Virus record (IMG/VR): IMGVR_UViG_3300032136_000022
Coordinates: 1-25,217 of that record
Length of the DNA: 25,217 bases
DNA from: a virus
Taxonomy: Duplodnaviria; Caudoviricetes
Strand: one strand, 5' to 3'
In this document: positions 15,393 through 23,836 of the stretch, piece by piece
How positions within the stretch are numbered: the stretch's first letter is position 1
Layout of the letters: each line of letters starts with the position of its first letter
The notes under the pieces: model-generated
Told to the model about the DNA's origin: nothing
What the model saw: only the letters and a program-made list of their open reading frames with translations
The model's database searches: none
Made by a program: the position numbers and the translations under genes

Positions 15393-17814
15393 TTTATTAG
15401 TCGACGATAAGGGGTCGGTCGTCGTCAAAGCCTTCGGGAAGCACGCCCAGACCGCGATGAACGTCGCAAAGACCGGCGCCGTCGCGGCCGGGGCCGGGGT
15501 CGCGGCCCTGGTCGGCGGCCTTTACGTCGCGAACCGGGTCATGTCCGAAGCCGTCGCCCTGGCGAATACCCAGGAAAAGGCGGAAGCGAAACTGGGCGCC
15601 GTCCTTCAAGCGACCGGCAACGCGGCCGGCTACAACCTTGACCAGATGAAAAAAATGGCGTCGTCGATGCAAGCCGTGACGACCGTCGGCGACGAAGTCA
15701 TTCTGGGCGGCCAGGCGATCCTGGCGTCCTTCAAGCAGATCCGGGGGGAAGCCTTCGAACGGGCGACAATGGCGGCCCTGGACATGGCGGACGTGATGGG
15801 GACCGACCTGAATTCCGCGATGGTCCAGATCGGGAAAGCGGTCAACGACCCGATCAAGGGCCTGTCCGCTTTGTCGCGGGTCGGCGTTACCTTCACCGAC
15901 GAACAGAAAAGGATGATCGCGGCCCTTCAAGAGTCGGGGCGGGTCGCGGAAGCGCAAGCGATCATCCTGGCCGAACTTGAGTCCGAATTCGGCGGAGCGG
16001 CGGCGGCGGCGCGGGAAACCTTCGGCGGCGCGGTCACGGCGGCCGGCAACGCCTTGGGGGACATGAAGGAAGAATTGGGCTTCACAATCACGCGGTCAAA
16101 ATTCTTCACCGACCTGGTCAAAATGGCGGAAGCCCAGTTCATCGCCTGGGGGAACGCGATCGCCGACAACCGGGTCGACCTGCAAAACCTGGCGAAGGCC
16201 GGGATCCTGTACGTCGTCGACAAGATGGGCGTCGCGATCGAAACGCTTCGCTTTTTCCACAATGGATGGTTGGGCCTGAAGATGGTCGGCCAGACCGCGA
16301 TAAACGTCCTGGCGACGTCAATCGATGTCCTGATCAAGGGCCTTCGGATCCTACTTTTCCCGCTGGACGAACTCATGAAGGCCCTGGTCGCCCTGGGCGC
16401 GATCGATTCGAACCCCTTCGACGCCCTGACCCGAAGCACCGAACAATTTAAATATGCGACGCGGGACGTCACGGCCGAAATCGTCGCGGATATCGAAAAG
16501 ACGAACGCCGGCTACGACGCCGTCAAAAAGAAGCTGAAGGCCTGGCGCGACGGGGTCGCGGCGATCCCCGTCGTCGCGGCGAAGGCGGAAAAGGCCCAGG
16601 TCAAGCAATACGCGGCGATCACCGACGCGGTCGTCCAGACGTCGAAGGAAAAAGCAAAAGCGGCGAAGGCGGAACTGAAGCTGGCTTCGGAAATCGCGAA
16701 AGCCTACGGTAAAATGTACGGCGATCTAAAGGGGAAGGCCCAGGGTTATTTCGATTTCAAGATCGCGGCCTTACGCAAGGAACGCGACAACTACAAGGCT
16801 TTGACCCGCGACCAGGCGACGGTCGATCGATGGTACGAATCGCAACTTGAAGACCTACTGGACGAACGCGCCCTGGCCCACGGTAACTTCTTCGACGGGG
16901 TCGGCGCCGGTTATCGCCGTATGCTTCGGGACCAGTACACATGGGCGCAAGGTGGCCTGGCGGTCTTCGATACCTTCACCAGTTCTGCGAAGTCAATGTT
17001 TTCCGACGGTCTTTTCCGGGCGATGAAAGGCGACCTTTCGGACTTCAGCGACCTTTGGCAGGGCTTCCTTGATTCGATGCTTCGGTCCTTCGTGGATATG
17101 ATCGCCCAGATGGCCGTCCAGTGGGGGACCCAGTCCGTTATGGGAATGGTCGGCCTTCCGGTCCCCGGCGGCGGCGGGGGGCTGGTATCGTCGGCTTTAC
17201 AAGGTTACGGGATCTCAAGCCTATTCGGCGGCGGCGGCGGTTACGGCGCGACGGCCCTGGGGGGCGTTTCGATGGCCGGCGAAGCCAACGTCGCCGGACT
17301 GGCGGCGGCGGAAGCGGGAATCGGGTCGGGGTTTTCATTCGCGTCGGCTTTGCCCTTCCTGGCGCCGATATCGCTTCCTCTGTTACTGGGTCCCGGCGGA
17401 CTTGGACAAGCGGCCAGCAACGTCTTCAGCGGCGTCGGGAACGTGATTCACGACGTCGTCGGCGGAATCGGCGATTTTATCGGGGGAATTTTTCATCAGG
17501 GCGGAATCGTCCCTAGAGCTCACGGCGGAATGTTCCTGGGCGCCGATGAAAGGCTGGTCGTCGCACAGACCGGGGAAGGGATCCTTTCGCGGTCCGCGAC
17601 CCAGGCGATCGGCGGGAAGCCGGCGATCGATGCGATCAACGCCGGGGCCGTCGCCGGGGGGGACAGTCGGCCGATCGTCTTCGTCAATAAGGGTGTGATC
17701 GCGACCGACGACGTCGCCCGATGGTTTGCCGATATGCTTCAAAAAGTAAACGATGGCCGGGTCGGAAATCGGATCCAGTACGTCGAAGCGGCGGAAGCGG
17801 GGATCGATATATGA
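15373..17814 (+). CDS. Tail tape measure protein
   Basis: 813 aa, Ala/Gly-rich and helical; QIGKAVNDPIKGLSALSRVGVTF core; C-terminal FHQGGIV...AQTGEGIL. Confidence 0.93.
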   Translation: MAKLKLDLLVDDKGSVVVKAFGKHAQTAMNVAKTGAVAAGAGVAALVGGLYVANRVMSEAVALANTQEKAEAKLGAVLQATGNAAGYNLDQMKKMASSMQAVTTVGDEVILGGQAILASFKQIRGEAFERATMAALDMADVMGTDLNSAMVQIGKAVNDPIKGLSALSRVGVTFTDEQKRMIAALQESGRVAEAQAIILAELESEFGGAAAAARETFGGAVTAAGNALGDMKEELGFTITRSKFFTDLVKMAEAQFIAWGNAIADNRVDLQNLAKAGILYVVDKMGVAIETLRFFHNGWLGLKMVGQTAINVLATSIDVLIKGLRILLFPLDELMKALVALGAIDSNPFDALTRSTEQFKYATRDVTAEIVADIEKTNAGYDAVKKKLKAWRDGVAAIPVVAAKAEKAQVKQYAAITDAVVQTSKEKAKAAKAELKLASEIAKAYGKMYGDLKGKAQGYFDFKIAALRKERDNYKALTRDQATVDRWYESQLEDLLDERALAHGNFFDGVGAGYRRMLRDQYTWAQGGLAVFDTFTSSAKSMFSDGLFRAMKGDLSDFSDLWQGFLDSMLRSFVDMIAQMAVQWGTQSVMGMVGLPVPGGGGGLVSSALQGYGISSLFGGGGGYGATALGGVSMAGEANVAGLAAAEAGIGSGFSFASALPFLAPISLPLLLGPGGLGQAASNVFSGVGNVIHDVVGGIGDFIGGIFHQGGIVPRAHGGMFLGADERLVVAQTGEGILSRSATQAIGGKPAIDAINAGAVAGGDSRPIVFVNKGVIATDDVARWFADMLQKVNDGRVGNRIQYVEAAEAGIDI

Positions 17815-20183
17815 CAACTAAACTGATCGCGGAAAACATACTGGCGAAAAGTCATTTCCTTTCGGCGACCGAACAGGCGGCGCCATTTGCCGCACAACCG
17901 ACGCCGGACGCCGGCAATACCGGCGCCTTTAGGCTATTGGCTTCGGGGGACGTGGCGGATCTGGTGTACTCAGGGACGGCAACCGGCGACGGATCTACAA
18001 CGACGATCGTCGATTCCGTCCTGTCGGCCCTGGGCGACGACTACCTGATCGGCGCGACGATCGAATTCACGGGCGGGGAAAATACGTCGGGAACGGCGAC
18101 GATAACGGACTTCGCCCAGGCGACGGGGACGATCACCTGGTCCGGGGCGGTCAACTCGACCCTGACCGGCGATACCTTCACGGTGACCCTGCCTTTTTCA
18201 ACCCGCGAAATCCAGGTCGAACTTGTGGCCGGCGGCGACGCCGGAACGGCGACCTTTAAATGGTCGCACGACGGGGGGACGACCTGGCTAGGGCGCGACG
18301 CGATCGCCCAGAATAATTTCGTCGGGAAGCGAACGCTGTCTGGCGGCGGTGAAATGCCGTATATCGTCGAAGCGGCGAACGGCGACCTGGTCGCCCTATT
18401 CGGTTCGTCAGGCGATAGCGAAATCCTGGCCTATATTTCGGACGACGGCGGCCTTACCTGGGGCGCGGCAATAACGGCGGCGACGACTTACCCCGGCTGT
18501 AAGGCGCCGGTCGTCCTGGCTTCCGGCCGGATCTGCTTTTTCCGGAATAACGTCATGGTCTACAGCGACGATCACGGTCAGACCTGGAACGAAATCGCTT
18601 CGACGGCTTACGGCATGACCGGATCTAATATGCTTCTTCCGGACGGGTCGATCCTCAATATCGGGTCGAACTCATATTCGATATGGCGACAGGTTTCGCG
18701 GGACGGCGGCCTGACCTGGGAAGAATCCGCCGAAGTGATCGCCGACACGAACGACCAGAAACAGGCGACGGCGGTCGTCGCGGCGAACGGGAACATAGTT
18801 TGTGTCTACGCTTCCGACGAAGATTCCCTGGCCGATTTTGAAATCAAGTGCAAGATCAGCGAAGACAACGGCGTCACTTGGGGAAGCGTGATCGCCGTCG
18901 CGAATTTTGGCGGGACCGATCTACAATACCCAACGGCGGCTGTCGATCCTTCGGGTCGGATCTATGTCACTTACCGGGCGTCGAACACGATCTACACGGT
19001 TTACAGCGACGACCACGGCGAAACCTGGTCGGCTTCCGTTAATTATAGTCCGGGCGGGTCCGTCGAAAACATCAGTCTTTCGATGGTTCACGGTCACCTG
19101 GCCGTTGTTATCTGGACCGATTTCACCGACACCTATGTCGCCTTTCGCGGCGCCTGGGAAGCCTATTCGGCGAACGCCTGTCCGGTCGCGGTCGACGTCA
19201 AAGATCAACGGCTGGCGGTCGGGGTAGAAATCGCCTGGCACGGCGGCGCCGGGGTCGCTGGCGACGCCTGGACCATTTCGCCCGACTACGGCTTCGCGGC
19301 GTCGAACATCATCACCGATTCGCCTTCCCGGCCGTGGCGATCGGAACAGGACGACGCGGCGATCGCGATCGTTATCGACATGGGGGAAAACGTCCGGCAC
19401 ATGGTCGACGGCGTCGGCTTTTTTGGCTGTAACGTCCGGACCCTTTCTTTTCAGATGAACGCGACCGATTCCTGGGGATCCCCGTCCGTCGACGAAAGCG
19501 TTTCATTTGACCTTGCGACCGGGACCGTCGACGCCGTCGCCGGGAACGCGATTCAGGACACTTCACTTCTGGCGGGGTACAAAGACCACGCCTTGAAAAA
19601 CCTATTCTTCCGGCCGACGTCCGGGACCGACGACGGGGTCACATGGCGGATCCTTGACAACGTCGGATCCTATATCATGCTCGACACGACGGCGGCGCAT
19701 AGCGTCGGGGCGGCGGACACTTTCGCAATATTCCAGGCAAGCGTCGCGAAGACCTTCACGGGGGGGCTGTATCGCTTTGTCCGGATCGCGATCGCGGCAC
19801 AGGAAACGGCGGACGGCTTTTACCAGATCGGGACGATGGTCGCCGGCCTATCGATCGCCCTGACCCGGACCTGGAAGCCCGGTTACGGTCGGTCATACGT
19901 CTACGATATCGAAATGATCCGGACGCCACACGGCGGGCTAATTCCGATAAAGGGCGCCGACCGGAAGCGGCTTTTTTCCGTCGGCTGGTCTTCGGACGAA
20001 GACACGACCCAGGAAGTCCTGGCCCTGGTCGATTACCTTGAAGGGAAGAACATCGCTTTGATCCCCGACGCGGCGACCCTGACCAATGCTTACCTTGTGA
20101 AGTCGATCGGCGATATCCGCCAGATCCACAAAAGCGGCGATGCCCGTTTCGACTTTACCCTGCAACTGGAAGAAATCTTATGA
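17811..20183 (+). CDS. Distal-tail-position protein with an Asp-box (BNR) beta-propeller, sialidase-like fold
   Basis: ATG 17811 overlaps the TMP stop; SHDGGTTW, SDDGGLTW, SDDHGQTW, SRDGGLTW, SEDNGVTW, SDDHGETW; Dit-like end FDFTLQLEEIL. Confidence 0.8.
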   Translation: MTTKLIAENILAKSHFLSATEQAAPFAAQPTPDAGNTGAFRLLASGDVADLVYSGTATGDGSTTTIVDSVLSALGDDYLIGATIEFTGGENTSGTATITDFAQATGTITWSGAVNSTLTGDTFTVTLPFSTREIQVELVAGGDAGTATFKWSHDGGTTWLGRDAIAQNNFVGKRTLSGGGEMPYIVEAANGDLVALFGSSGDSEILAYISDDGGLTWGAAITAATTYPGCKAPVVLASGRICFFRNNVMVYSDDHGQTWNEIASTAYGMTGSNMLLPDGSILNIGSNSYSIWRQVSRDGGLTWEESAEVIADTNDQKQATAVVAANGNIVCVYASDEDSLADFEIKCKISEDNGVTWGSVIAVANFGGTDLQYPTAAVDPSGRIYVTYRASNTIYTVYSDDHGETWSASVNYSPGGSVENISLSMVHGHLAVVIWTDFTDTYVAFRGAWEAYSANACPVAVDVKDQRLAVGVEIAWHGGAGVAGDAWTISPDYGFAASNIITDSPSRPWRSEQDDAAIAIVIDMGENVRHMVDGVGFFGCNVRTLSFQMNATDSWGSPSVDESVSFDLATGTVDAVAGNAIQDTSLLAGYKDHALKNLFFRPTSGTDDGVTWRILDNVGSYIMLDTTAAHSVGAADTFAIFQASVAKTFTGGLYRFVRIAIAAQETADGFYQIGTMVAGLSIALTRTWKPGYGRSYVYDIEMIRTPHGGLIPIKGADRKRLFSVGWSSDEDTTQEVLALVDYLEGKNIALIPDAATLTNAYLVKSIGDIRQIHKSGDARFDFTLQLEEIL

Positions 20184-21745
20184 CAACGATCGCCGAAGCC
20201 CTGAAGATCGCCCGGAAGCCCTGGGTCCTTGTCCAGGCGGACTTCCAGGGGCTTTTGAAGCGGTGGGCCGTGAAAAACCTTTCGGTCCCGTATTCGGCCG
20301 GGGATCCGCTATTTTTCGAAGGACGACTTTTGGCCGAACCGGCGATAGGGACGTCCTTTTCGCTTGAGTCAATGACCTGTAGTCTTCGAAGCCTGGAAAT
20401 GACCATCGCGAACGACGGACGGCTTCAGGACGAAGAAGTCCGGCGCCGGCTGGACGGCGCGAAGGTCACCGTCTATTTGTGGGCCGATGGTCTTGACTGG
20501 GCCGACATCGCCACGAACGGCGTCCTTTTTCGCGGGTACTTCGCAAAAAAAAGCCACGACGCGAAGCGATACGCTTTCACGGTCACGGAATCGCCGTTGA
20601 TTGAATTCGGCGCGATCCCCAGGACGACGATCAACGCGGCGACCTGGCCGTCGCACCGCACCGAAGGCGGCGCCGGATCCGTCGCCGGACTACCACAGGC
20701 GATCGTCTACGGCGACTGGCCCCGTGGCGTCCCGCTGAAATGTATCGACACTTCAGCATATAAGTACCTTGCAATGGCCGGCGAAAGCGATTCGACCGAC
20801 GCCGACTACACGGCGACCACGGTAAACGTCTATGACAAGGACGGCGCCGTCGTCGCGGCCGGCGGTTTCACGTTTTACCCGGCCGGTAGGGACGGCAACG
20901 GCGGGGCGGTGAGCTACTTTGATTTCACGGCGGACAAAGTCGCTTCCGAACCTTTGTCGGCGTCAATTCGCGGGATCCCGGATTCATCCGGATTCTATAC
21001 CGGGACAACGGACGCCCTGATCGAACATCCGGCGCATATCGTCCACCACTTGATAGCGACGGAAACGAAGACGGCGCACGATCGAATTGACGTCCAGTCG
21101 CTAAAGACGATGGCGGCGCGGCTTCCCGGCGTAAAATTCGCGACGATCATCAACAAAGCGACCGACGCGATCGCGGTCGTCGATCGGATCCTTGGGCAAT
21201 GCGCTTACGCCAGGACCCAGGCGCGGGGGGCGGCGGCGGTCTTCGGGATCCATCCGGACGCCCCGGTCGTCTATCGGTCGGGACGGTCTTCCCAGGCCGG
21301 CGACGTCGTGATGATATCCAGGACCCCGGATTCGAAGGTCGTCAATGATCTATCGGTAAAATACGGCTTGAATCCGTCGACCGGGGCTTACGAAAGCGAA
21401 ATGGCTTTCGACTATACGAACGATAGTCTTTGCCGGCTTTCGGTCTACCAGTACGGGACCAGGCCACGGGTCACGCTATCATATCCGGACGTCCAGGACG
21501 AAGGGACGGCGCGGGTCCTGGCGCAAAGATACCTATCGCTTTTCGCGTTTCGTCACGATATCGTCGAAAGAAGCGAACCGGCCTTCCGTTGTATTGATAT
21601 CGTTGAAGGCGACGCGGCGGAACTGGACGTCCTGGAAGGCCCTTCGGTAGACGGCGCCGGATGGGTCGCGGAGAAATTCATCCTGATCGAAAGGGCCATC
21701 ACGGGCGCGGTTATCAATCAAAAGTGGTGGCGGGTGGCGACATGA
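20180..21745 (+). CDS. Tail tip/baseplate hub protein
   Basis: 521 aa after the distal tail gene; PQAIVYG, IEHPAHIV, VVNDLSVKY, SVYQYG...VQDEGTA patterns typical of hub proteins. Confidence 0.7.
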   Translation: MTTIAEALKIARKPWVLVQADFQGLLKRWAVKNLSVPYSAGDPLFFEGRLLAEPAIGTSFSLESMTCSLRSLEMTIANDGRLQDEEVRRRLDGAKVTVYLWADGLDWADIATNGVLFRGYFAKKSHDAKRYAFTVTESPLIEFGAIPRTTINAATWPSHRTEGGAGSVAGLPQAIVYGDWPRGVPLKCIDTSAYKYLAMAGESDSTDADYTATTVNVYDKDGAVVAAGGFTFYPAGRDGNGGAVSYFDFTADKVASEPLSASIRGIPDSSGFYTGTTDALIEHPAHIVHHLIATETKTAHDRIDVQSLKTMAARLPGVKFATIINKATDAIAVVDRILGQCAYARTQARGAAAVFGIHPDAPVVYRSGRSSQAGDVVMISRTPDSKVVNDLSVKYGLNPSTGAYESEMAFDYTNDSLCRLSVYQYGTRPRVTLSYPDVQDEGTARVLAQRYLSLFAFRHDIVERSEPAFRCIDIVEGDAAELDVLEGPSVDGAGWVAEKFILIERAITGAVINQKWWRVAT

Positions 21746-21945
21746 TGGGCGAAATCGCGAAGATCGTCGAAGCACTTCCGGCCGAAGTCATTATCAGGAT
21801 CATCCCCACGGCGGCGCTATTGTACGTTATTTTTTTGCTAATGCGGTATATCACAAAGCAGAACGACGCGATCGTCGCGAATACAACGGCGGTCAATAAG
21901 CTGGCAACCATTATCAACGTCATGTCGGGGTTTAAAAATGATTAA
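21742..21945 (+). CDS. Small single-TM protein (holin/antiholin-like)
   Basis: ATG 21742; IIPTAALLYVIFLLM followed by an NTTAVNKL coil; first gene of the lysis cluster. Confidence 0.55.
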   Translation: MMGEIAKIVEALPAEVIIRIIPTAALLYVIFLLMRYITKQNDAIVANTTAVNKLATIINVMSGFKND

Positions 21946-22156
21946 ATTTTTTAAGGACGCGGCATTGATTCGCCGGAAGATGATCGCCGTCCCGGCCGGA
22001 CTTGAGGCAATCGAAGAAGCGCAAGCCGACACGACGGCGAAGATTGAAGAAGCGGAACGATTGCTATTGAATGGCGAAAAAAAGTGGTTCGCCGATAAGC
22101 TCGAAAAGGCAGACATCATTTGCGCCTGTCAACTTAACGAAAGGATGCCGGGATGA
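21938..22156 (+). CDS. Hypothetical coiled-coil protein
   Basis: 72 aa; overlaps both neighbours. Confidence 0.6.
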   Translation: MIKFFKDAALIRRKMIAVPAGLEAIEEAQADTTAKIEEAERLLLNGEKKWFADKLEKADIICACQLNERMPG

Positions 22157-22488
22157 ACTGCGACTACACCCTTTTCGCCTATCTTTTCGTGGCGGCGACT
22201 GCTACCTGGGGCGCCGTACTTTTCACGATCCGGATCGTCGAAATCGCGACCCGAACGAACCTGGAAGTCGGCCCCGTTTACGCCTATGTAACCGTCATGT
22301 TTTACGGGATCGCCTTGACCTTTTGGACGAACACCTGGGCGCGGATTTTAAGGGCGCGGGACACGGCGGAATATATCGCGTTTATGGGGTCCTGGTGGTG
22401 GTCGGCGCGGACGGTCGTCTTCGGCCTTGCGATCCTGGCGATAGTGGTTCACATGACGGCGCGATGGATAAGGACGAAAAGCCTATGA
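22153..22488 (+). CDS. Three-TM membrane protein, holin candidate
   Basis: Three hydrophobic helices; directly upstream of and coupled to the endolysin. Confidence 0.6.
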   Translation: MNCDYTLFAYLFVAATATWGAVLFTIRIVEIATRTNLEVGPVYAYVTVMFYGIALTFWTNTWARILRARDTAEYIAFMGSWWWSARTVVFGLAILAIVVHMTARWIRTKSL

Positions 22489-22904
22489 AGCCCGAACTGA
22501 TCATCCTTCACCATAGCCTGACAAAGGATTCCCGGACGGTATCCTGGGACGCGATCCGGCGCTATCACGTCGGGACGAATCACTGGTCCGATATCGGCTA
22601 CCACTTTGGGATTGAACGGATCGAAGATACCTTCGAAGTCCTGGTCGGCCGGATGCCCGACCGGATGGGCGCCCACTGCCGGGGGCAGAATTCCCGGTCC
22701 CTGGGGATCTGCTTCGTCGGCAATTACGACATGGGTCCGCCCCCCCCGGAAATGTGGGTCAAGGGTCTGGGCCTGGTCCGGTCCCTGATGAACGTCTTCG
22801 GGATCCCGGCCGATCGCGTCCGGGGCCACTGCGACTTTGCCGACAAAACCTGTCCGGGGAAGGCCTTCGGGATGGATCGATTCCGGGCCGGTCTGGTCGC
22901 CTGA
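22485..22904 (+). CDS. Endolysin, N-acetylmuramoyl-L-alanine amidase (Amidase_2, T7 lysozyme-like)
   Basis: IILHHS, WSDIGYHF, GAHCRGQNSRSLGICFVG, GHCD...KTCPG zinc-ligand motifs; start at ATG 22485. Confidence 0.93.
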   Translation: MKPELIILHHSLTKDSRTVSWDAIRRYHVGTNHWSDIGYHFGIERIEDTFEVLVGRMPDRMGAHCRGQNSRSLGICFVGNYDMGPPPPEMWVKGLGLVRSLMNVFGIPADRVRGHCDFADKTCPGKAFGMDRFRAGLVA

Positions 22905-22916
22905 AAGGGGGAAACA

Positions 22917-23435
22917 ATGCTTCCAATTTTACCGCTGGCGATGTCCCTGGTCGAAGTCGTCCCCTGGCTGGCCGGGAAGCTGATTGGCAAGGACGCGGCG
23001 AAGACGGCTTCGAAGGTCGTAGACGTCGCGAAAGCCGTCACCGGGATTCAGGACCCAGGCGAAGCAATCCGATCCGTCAAAGCGGACCCGGAACTGGTCC
23101 TAAAGCTGGAAGCGTCGCTGATCGACGCCGGGATCAAGTACGACGCGGCGGAATTTGCCGACGAAGCCGACCGCCGGAAAGATATCCGCGAAAGCGGTTT
23201 TCTTTCGCGGCAAGTCAGGCCCGTGATCGCCCTGACCTTTCACGGTTTCATTTGGTGGGTTATTTTGACCGGGAACAACGCTGCGGAAATCGCGGAAAAG
23301 ATCGGGATCGAAATTTTTACCTGGGGGTCGGCGAAGATCACGATCGGCGGCGCCTATTTGATTATCATTGGTTTTTACTTTTTGACTAAGGGCCTGAAGG
23401 ACTATTTGATCGGCAAAAACCCGAAGGGCGTTTAA
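22917..23435 (+). CDS. Holin-like membrane protein (GTA/3TM holin-like)
   Basis: KVVDVAKAVTG...ADPEL...ADRRKDIR...VRPVIAL...IIGFYF; two C-terminal TM segments. Confidence 0.65.
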   Translation: MLPILPLAMSLVEVVPWLAGKLIGKDAAKTASKVVDVAKAVTGIQDPGEAIRSVKADPELVLKLEASLIDAGIKYDAAEFADEADRRKDIRESGFLSRQVRPVIALTFHGFIWWVILTGNNAAEIAEKIGIEIFTWGSAKITIGGAYLIIIGFYFLTKGLKDYLIGKNPKGV

Positions 23436-23437
23436 AA

Positions 23438-23836
23438 ATGGCGAAATTACTTTTAGTGAATGACAAATCAGCAGTAGACGGAAGGTGCGAACCCGGCGAC
23501 ATCATCGGCGTTTTTGATGACTCTCACGTTTTTAGCGAGAGAGAACTCGCGATGTTTGATTTTGAAACCGTAAAGGAAGACGCAAAAACTTTACAAGCGG
23601 CTCTTTCTGCCATTACCCCTGAAATTAGAACTGCAACAAGAGCAAAGACGTTAGATTGGACTTTCGATGAACCAGAGAAAAAGTCTTTATGGAAAGATGG
23701 AGATAACTGGAAGGAACTGGTCACAGACCCTAAATATAAATTTCGATTTATTGATGGAGAATTTATACAAAACTTTGATAGGTACATTGAAAATACTTCA
23801 AAGAACATTTCTGTCTTTGAGCCTACGGATAAATAA
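23438..23836 (+). CDS. Hypothetical protein (low GC)
   Basis: 132-aa ORF; AT-rich codons; its stop directly abuts the next ATG. Confidence 0.75.
   Translation: MAKLLLVNDKSAVDGRCEPGDIIGVFDDSHVFSERELAMFDFETVKEDAKTLQAALSAITPEIRTATRAKTLDWTFDEPEKKSLWKDGDNWKELVTDPKYKFRFIDGEFIQNFDRYIENTSKNISVFEPTDK

Noticed and set aside
12370-21745. Contractile (Mu-like) tail suggested by the capsid type
   Set aside because: No sheath or baseplate wedge (gpJ-like) genes are recognisable; the tube, chaperone and TMP layout is siphovirus-like
4818-22484. Upstream-extended starts at 4818, 5503, 9912, 10996, 14856, 17721, 21661 and 22071
   Set aside because: Internal ATGs with RBS-like sequences or stop-start overlaps (5172, 5548, 10392, 11023, 17811, 21742, 22485) fit better; 14856 is better explained as the frameshift frame
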